NCBI GenBank assembly: GCA_012295275.1
Contig: CM022672.1
Location: 16,306,001-16,370,000 of the forward strand
Reading direction: 5' to 3'
Source: Chrysomallon squamiferum
Taxonomy: Eukaryota > Animalia > Mollusca
Length of the DNA stretch: 64,000 bases
Shown piece by piece: positions 56,382 to 64,000 of the stretch (within the stretch, counting starts at the first letter, position 1; every line of letters begins with the position of its first letter). The position numbers and the translations under genes were made by a program. The notes below the pieces were generated by a model. That model saw only the letters and a list, made by a program, of their open reading frames with translations. It ran no database searches and had not been told where the DNA came from.

Positions 56382-59300
56382 GATTTGCAAATTTGGCTGA
56401 AAACATAAATTAGTTTTGTATTGTCACAATGCATTAATCATACACCTAACAGCCATTTCCTGTTAGGTTCTCACTTACAGCTGAGTGAACCACAGTTACC
56501 AAAGTTAACATATGACAATAGTGCAGTTCTGTGACATTGAAATCATGACCTTTACAATTATAAGTCCAGACCTATAACAACTGCACTAACATGGCAACAA
56601 TGACATATTGTAAATTAATTTTAAAAAATTCATTTATAAACTTATTATTAATTTATTACATTTTGAATCCCGAATCTGTTTGTTTTAAGAAAAACAATGT
56701 GTAATGATATTAAGTATAAATGTAGCAGACTTTAAATTGCATGCAATATTTTCAGAGTTTAAAATTGGAGCAACTTTGAAAATCCTTTTATTTTCATAAA
56801 TTTCTCTTTATAAACCTTTAATTTATATCTAATTAACTTTTTCATGAAATACAAGTCTAGCACATTGTGGATTTCAAGTAATTTTGTTAACTTACAATCC
56901 TTTGTTTGAAAAGCATATAATAATAATTTAAAAAAAAAATACATATATAAAATGTAAATACAGGAAGTATGGACTTTAATTAATTTTTTCTTAATTCACT
57001 GTTTAAAAAGAAAAAAAAAAAAAGATTATTTTGAAAATATTTTCAGTTACTCAAAGGGTTTTGGCAAAAAGTCCTCACTGTGTCAATAAGAGAACACTTA
57101 TGGTTGAACTTCTTGACCAGGCTGAGGAAGAAGAAAAAACAACAAAACTATTGAATACTGTTATGGTAACATGGGAAGGAAAAAACATCACCAAAGATGA
57201 ATTTGAAGTTATTGAATTATATTTTGAAAGCCAAAAGAAATCTGGAGGTGGAACACTATCAGAATTCAAGCCTGACAAGAAGAAGAAAATCATCTACATA
57301 ACATTTCAAGATGAAACAGGTTTGATTTAGATAATGTGATAGTATTAAAACACTTGTTTTCCAATTATTATAGTATTTTTTTTTTTAACAGAAAACTTTG
57401 ATAAACAATTTTTGTTTTCACATGTGTCAAAAATCCGATACAGTGCTATTTATAAATTGTAATTTCTAACTAACTAGGATTATAATTATTCATTTTTCTA
57501 GAAGTTTTTGTTTCTAATTATTCTGAAATTTGTTTATAGCTCCAACACTGGACTTTTACATCTGATTGGATTTTAACATCTAATCTGTCAAATGAAAATC
57601 CCTGTAATAGCAAAATGTTACATTTGGATTAACCTTTTCAACTAACAAATATTTAAGGGAAAACGTGAATGCTTTGGATTTGTTCTTTACAAAAATACAT
57701 ATTAATAATCTGAAGAGAAAATACAAGGGTTTTTTAATGTTTTTTGTTTTGTAGTTTTTTTTTTTCAGCTTGTTTATGTGAGAGAGAAACTGATTGATAG
57801 TCAATGAGTGTGCTTATGGGTTCATATGTGGATTTTCTTTTAACAAATAATATTCTTGTAGCTTTACAGCTAAGAAGTCTTTTTTTCCAGTTTGTTTTAA
57901 AAACCTGAGAGATTCATATTCCAAAGGTTTAAAATATTTTAATATATATTTTAGTTGCCCAAAGAGTACTGTCGAGACAAAGCTACCAAATTGGAAAAAG
58001 AACACTGCAGGTTCAACCATTTGATGCTTCTACAACTGAAGAAACAAAAACAAAAAAATCAGTAGTTGTGAAAAGTGCAGAGAAGAAGATTGAAGAAGAC
58101 GAAACTGAATTCATGGAAATGTACTTTGAAAATAAAAGGAAATCTGGTGGTGGAAGCATTGAAGAAATCAAATTGAGAAAAGGTGTCCTTTACATAACCT
58201 TTGAGGAAGATGGAGGTTAGTGTTTATATATTTAAAAACTTCAGCTGAGCAGTTTCCTATTACATCCACTGCCTCAAAACAGGTTTACACAAAAGCTAAA
58301 GTTTGTGCTTTAATGTCTATTGTCTTAATGTCTACAGGAAGAATAATTTAAAAGATCCATGCAGGTCAGTTAATAATAATAATCAATGTCATCATTGTAC
58401 ATGGAATGTATTAACTAATATTAAACTGTTTAGAAGGTTTGTTTAAGAATAGTTTATAATATTGCCTGGTTAGTTTTATTGTTTTAAGAACACTTGCTGA
58501 GCAGTCTTCCATGTATTTGTGTTATTATTTATCACAAGCTGCAACATAAAGATTTGGAAAAGATAATAAACAGGAATGGTAGCTGTGATGTTTTTCTCAC
58601 ATGGCATCATCAACAGGCCGTCTGTGGCATTTGCTAAAACGAGTTCTAAATTTAAAAACGCACATAAATATTAAAATATAGATTTTTTAGTTAACTTATA
58701 AAATCAGTTTTTCATTAATTAATTATCAAAAATAGTTTATGATATTTTAACAAAATTGTTTTAATTTAAAATAACTTGTATTATCTTTATCTTCTTTCAG
58801 TATAAAATTACATTTCATTCAAATCTGCAACCACAAGGATTTTAGTTTTTTAATATTTATTTTTCCAGATATTTCCACACTTAAATTCACCCATGATTAT
58901 CATAATACAAGATAGGAAAGGGCTTTTATCAAGTAAATTTACAAACTTATTTACTCATGTATTAAATATGTATAAAAATAACAATGATTACATGTAAAGA
59001 TTGAAATAAAATAGCATTAAATTATATTTTCACTGTGTTAACCTTTAAAAGACTAAAAGGAGGAACATTTTAATTATTTTTAAGTGGCTGAAAAAGTTGT
59101 GCAAAGACAACACAAAGTTCGTGGCAGAAATCTTGAGGTCACTCTGGCCGGTGAAGATACAGAAACAGAATCCGAAGAAGAAAAGGAAGAAGAACTGTCT
59201 GATGAAGAAAATGAAGCACAGACAACAGTTGTTATTAAAGGTTGTGGTTCAATATCTGATGACACAGTAAGCTTATATTTTGAAAACAAGAGACGAGGAG

Positions 59301-61132
59301 GGGGTGTCCAAGTTAAAGATATTGATCGTGATGAAGAGGGACTCATGTATGTTACTTTTGAAAGTGTTGAAGGTAAGTGTCTGTAATTAATCTGTTTGTA
59401 ACAATACAGTTTACAGACCAGATTTTTTTTCAAGAAATAATTTTTAATAATTATGTTTTAAAGTGATGATATAATTAACTTGTTAATAGTGAAACAATTC
59501 AGTCTTGAGTTTGAAGACTTTTTGAAAAAATAATGTTTTAAAGTGACAACACAGAAATCAAAAATAACTTCTTAATAACCACACATGTAGTCTAAAATGT
59601 CTCTCTTTCATATCAAACCATCCCATATAAATGAAGTCTACAAAAACAAATTAATTAAAATCAGTCAAAAAGATTTTAAAAAATCATATCAATCCAACAA
59701 GATTAATGCACTTAAAAAATATGGAATCTGGTCAGTACACCCATCTGGTCAGTTTTATTCCATTTATTTGTCAGGTTTTGTGTATTTTCCATTAACTTCT
59801 TTCAGTTACTTTTTCCTTCTATATTTAACAATGACATTAAGGGAAAAACATAACTCAGTGGTTGAGTACAGACTGAGTGTCAGTTTGGCTATTTCCAATT
59901 CTAGCTTTTGGTCCATATTGGATATTTTATATATATATACACACACACACTCATGTACATAGAAACTCTCTGCTGCATCTATTATTAGCTATTCTAGATT
60001 AACAACTATCTGTCTATACATACATACATACGTTCATACATATATACATACACACAAACATACTTATACAATACACACATAAATATAGATGTTAACCTAG
60101 AATAGCTAATAATAGTTGCTGCAGAGAGTTTCTGTGTATGTGCATATATATATATATAATATATAAAACATCCAGCTATGGAGCTACAGCTGTAATTGGA
60201 AATATTCCAAAGTGAAACTCAGTCTGTTAATCTAGAATAGCTAATAAAGCAGCAGCAGAGAGTTTTTCTTTTTAATGTTATTTAAAAAAAAAAAAAACAC
60301 ATTGAACTGTTGTTAAAACTTTAATCTTGTATTTTTTTTTAATAATAGTTCTAACTATGGATTTGATCAAAAATAGTAGACTACTATTTTGAATACTGAT
60401 CTTATTTTACAATAAAAAATATCACATTTAATGTTCAGCAAAAAAATGATATATTAACACTCTGAAAATGATATATTACAGCATAATTAAAATTACATAA
60501 CTAACACATAATGAAAATAATACGTTAATAAAAAATGATAATATAATTTAACACATAATGTAAAATTACATATTATTAGAATGAAGTAACTAGTTAATAA
60601 TCAAACAGTTCACATTTTACATATTTAATACATAAAGAAAATTACATATTAACACAATAACACTATCACAGTGAACACATTAACACACAATGAAAATGAT
60701 TAATTAGACAATAATGATAATTATTTATCAACCCACTAAAAAAAAAAAAAAAAAATAATTGTATATTTTTATTTAATGTTGACATCACCTTCTAAAAGGT
60801 GAAATAGACATTTTTCTAATTTTCTGAAAATTATAAATTAACCATCACTTTTATTTATCAAAGTCTCTGTTGATATGTTTTTCAGATGTGGAAACAGTTT
60901 TGAAGAAAAGTCACACCATTGAAGGAAATCATGTAACAATAAAACCTTATCAACCACCACAGATGTACAAAGACAAAATTCTTCTGACTAATGTTCCTGA
61001 ATCATCAACTACTGACACGATCACCAATTTCATAGAGGCTCGAAGTCACTATGATGTAGCTGATGATGGTGGGATACTATTTGGAGAAGATGTTGGCACA
61101 GTTCTTGTTTCATTTACAAAACCAATTGGTTC

Positions 61133-61166
<34 letters not shown>

Positions 61167-62171
61167 ATACAGACATACATAATAATTATTATTTAAATTT
61201 TGAAATTAATATGAGTTACTTCCCTTTGACATATTAATGTGTATGTGTATTTTTCACTTAAAACAGTTACATGTTCAGTGAGATTATCTAATTCACACAC
61301 ATATCACAAAAAATATTTCTTAAATTCCAGACTGTTCTTCAGTTGTCACATTACACTGAGTTACAACAGAAGTTCTGCTGATAGCAGAGTAAATGATTAA
61401 TTTTATCTACTATTATTATTGTTCAAATGTTTGTGGTCAGATGGCAACAAACAGCTAAAAAAGTGAAGGGATTAATAAAAGTTCTGTGATAGATGATTTA
61501 ATACAGACATGCACTCTTCATATAAAGGTATCTAATTGAGTTTGCATATGCTGGGATCTGGAATTTGTTTAGATCAGGTAAAACTGGGACCAGGCATTTG
61601 AGATTCATTAAGTTACAGTTAAGTTTTATGTTTGAATAATAAAAAGTGATTTTATCTAATGTTTTAATATACATTTAAGATTTATTTAGTGTATACTTCT
61701 AGTAAAAAATGGTGCTTGTGAGATATGGAAGATATATATTATCATTGAATTATGTGACTCTTTTGGTTCACTAAAAAAAATGATTATCTGAAAAGACTTT
61801 GGAACCATGGATTTTGCACCTGTATATGTATATAAATTTCATTATAAAAAAATAAAGAAAGGCATATTCTTCATCTATCTATCTATATTTAAGAATATAT
61901 CTTTGTGCGAATGTGTCATAATTTTATTTTTATTTAGATTTTGAAAAGCTCTCCAAAAATCTGACTTCAAAGGAGTTTAAAGGGAAAATACTTCAGGTCA
62001 AAAGAATACCATTCTCCAAGAGTATACTTGTAAAAGGCTTTGGTGATGTAACACCTGATGCTATTCAGATGTATTTTGAAAATGAAAGAAGAAGTGGAGG
62101 AAAGGATGTCACAAATGTTGAAATAGATTCTGAAAGAAAATGTGCTGTTGTGTCATTTGAGGATGAAAATG
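55368..62171 (+). CDS. PARP14-like: Seven open phase 1-1 RRM-like exons of the PARP14-like gene
   Basis: Lengths 162, 276, 273, 261, 288, 243 and 234 nt are all multiples of 3, with AG/GT ends and no internal stops. Confidence 0.85.
59870..60227. repeat. Imperfect ~140-bp inverted repeat in an intron
   Basis: cagactgagt...agaaactctctgctgc...ttagctattctagattaaca pairs with tgttaacctagaatagctaa...gcagagagtttct...actcagtctg around an ~80-nt CATA/CA-rich spacer. Confidence 0.75.
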
Positions 62172-64000
62172 GTAAAAAGATATACCAGACATGCTTTAGA
62201 TTTTTATTCTTGTTAAGATCTGATATGGAAAATGAAAACTTTCCCTTTCCTTTATTAATTCTGGTTTTGAAATAATATTCTGATGCATAAAATACAAAAC
62301 TAAAATATATTTTTTAAGAATTAAGAAAATTCTTAACCTAAAAATGTCAGTGCCTATTTTTGAAACCAAGAGCCTGTGTAGTTCTTACTTACAAATATCC
62401 ATGCATTTTTGATTAGAGTAAGGCCTGAAGTAAAGATCATTTAAAAGATTGTTGCTGCTGATAAGAATAATCCATGGAAGAGCTTTCCACTCTCTTATCA
62501 TTATATAAAACAAATTGCATATTTAACATATAATGAAAATTAATAATAAACTGAAATGTTATTTTTGATTTACTTTTTTCAGTTGTTAGCAATGTACTAA
62601 AGCAGAAAGAACATAAGCTTTCCAGCCATAAAATAGAAGTTTCCCTTTACCACAGATGTCTTGGTTTGTCAGGAGGTACCTCAGAAACTAACTGAGATAA
62701 AGTACCAGATCCTTTCTGCTTGGATAATATAAACAGATGATACAAGATTATGTTTATAGAAGAAAACCTTTCACATTTCCAAAACACTTTGAAGAATTAC
62801 TCGGCTGAAGCACTAGTAGACTCCCAATTAAATCAAATTGAAATAAGACCAACATTTACAATGGATAGTCCAGGTTTAAGGAATATTGCAGCTACATGGA
62901 CTGATGATGTGAAATCCTGTACACAGCAATTTATTGAGTAGATAGAAGTTCAGCAAATTGGATGCCCAGCTGACATTTGGACTGATATGAAGAAAAACAT
63001 CGAGTCAAAAGAACTGAGTAAATTAACAGAGTACAAGATATTTTATGATGATGAAAAATATGATGTTATTATTGTTGGACAGTCACTTGGTGATATGGCA
63101 GAAGAAATAAAAAACACATGTACTGATCTTACTGCAAAATTTGAGAGAACAAAGAGAATAAGGTAGGAAACCAAAACCTTTTCAGCTTGTAAACTAAGAA
63201 TCCTTAAGGATTCTGGTTTTATAACAAAACTAGAAGAAATATTTGAAGATGTCAAAATTGATGTGAATAACAATGAAAATGTCACAATTACTGGTGTTCC
63301 TGAAGAAATAAACGATTTATTTTGTAAGATTTATGATGAAATTCAAAAGATCAAACAAAAGGATTTTGTTCTAGAATTTATATTACAGCTTCTTCAGCGA
63401 CCACAAGTATGTCATCACCTTCACAGCAAGCTGCTACAAGGGAAGAACATGCATGCTGTATCATGGGAAGCAAGTGACAGGCATGTCACAATTTACTCTT
63501 TGTCTCAGTCTGACATCAACAAGACAAAAATATTTCTAGGGAATTTACCTTGCAGAATCATCACAGATTGTAGTTGCTGGTGTTGGTGAAGATGTCCATC
63601 CTGCCACCACAGAGATGAACAGTTTTATTCAAGAAAACTCAGTTTATACTGAAATTGCTTATTTGAAGATGAATGGAAATTAACATTTCTAGTTATAAAC
63701 AGAATTGAAAAATATCCATGATATACTGAACAGTTTACTCATTATACTTTTGAAATTATTTTATGTATTAAGACACATCACAATAAGAGTAAAGTGCCAG
63801 CTTACATTTAATCTGCATAACCATGTTATTATACAGTGTTTCTTTTCAGTACACATTAGAAACAATAAACTGATAACTGTAGGTTAACAAAATGTAATTG
63901 TGTGTTTTGACTTTAAGACAGTTATTGTATGTTTTGACGTAAAGACAGTTATTGTGTAATTTGACTTTATTCTATTAATCATTACATCTTTTACTTCTTT

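Larger units (their letters stand above)
54113..63589 (+). pseudogene. PARP14-like: PARP14-like gene, N-terminal part (7 RRM-like repeats then KH-like region), disrupted by nonsense codons and a frameshift
   Basis: Exons 54113-54125 (tentative), 55368-55529, 56009-56284, 57047-57319, 57955-58215, 59085-59372, 60886-61128, 61938-62171 and 62583-on. Repeated YFENKRKSGGG...ITFED/VAQRVL motif of PARP14/PARP10/DTX3L RRMs. Stops at 62693, 62738, 62939 and 63164. Confidence 0.8.

Noticed and set aside
1160-64000. PARP catalytic (ART) or WWE domain
   Set aside because: No H-Y-E/LFHGT-type or WWE motif was found in any exon; the plus-strand gene degrades or leaves the window before that region.

Overview
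AT-rich, intron-containing animal genomic DNA; an invertebrate, possibly a mollusc, but the taxon cannot be fixed from the sequence. The window is an immune-type cluster of ADP-ribose/ubiquitin genes. (1) Minus strand, 20582->1160: about 20 coding exons that I spliced by hand into one ~3000-aa protein. It has a giant exon of tandem KH-like repeats (PARP14/PARP9 type), four macrodomain-like units (only one canonical), and then a Deltex/DTX3L-type RING + DTC E3 ligase end instead of a PARP catalytic domain. The DTC ADP-ribose pocket residues are substituted, and the assembled copy has several 1-nt indels. (2) A tandem second copy of the 3' half (32259-43058), frameshifted and cut by a 200-N gap. 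(3) A triplicated ~1-kb promoter module upstream of copy 1, each unit with an ISRE/IRF element plus TGACG. (4) A ~610-bp satellite array (43.9-50.8 kb). (5) A divergently oriented plus-strand PARP14-like gene with 7 RRM-like exons and its own IRF element, disrupted by nonsense codons, preceded by a relic of another paralog. DNA-transposon remnants (Merlin-like, Academ-like, MITEs) fill the spacers. Domain calls come from motif recognition only; no database search was run.
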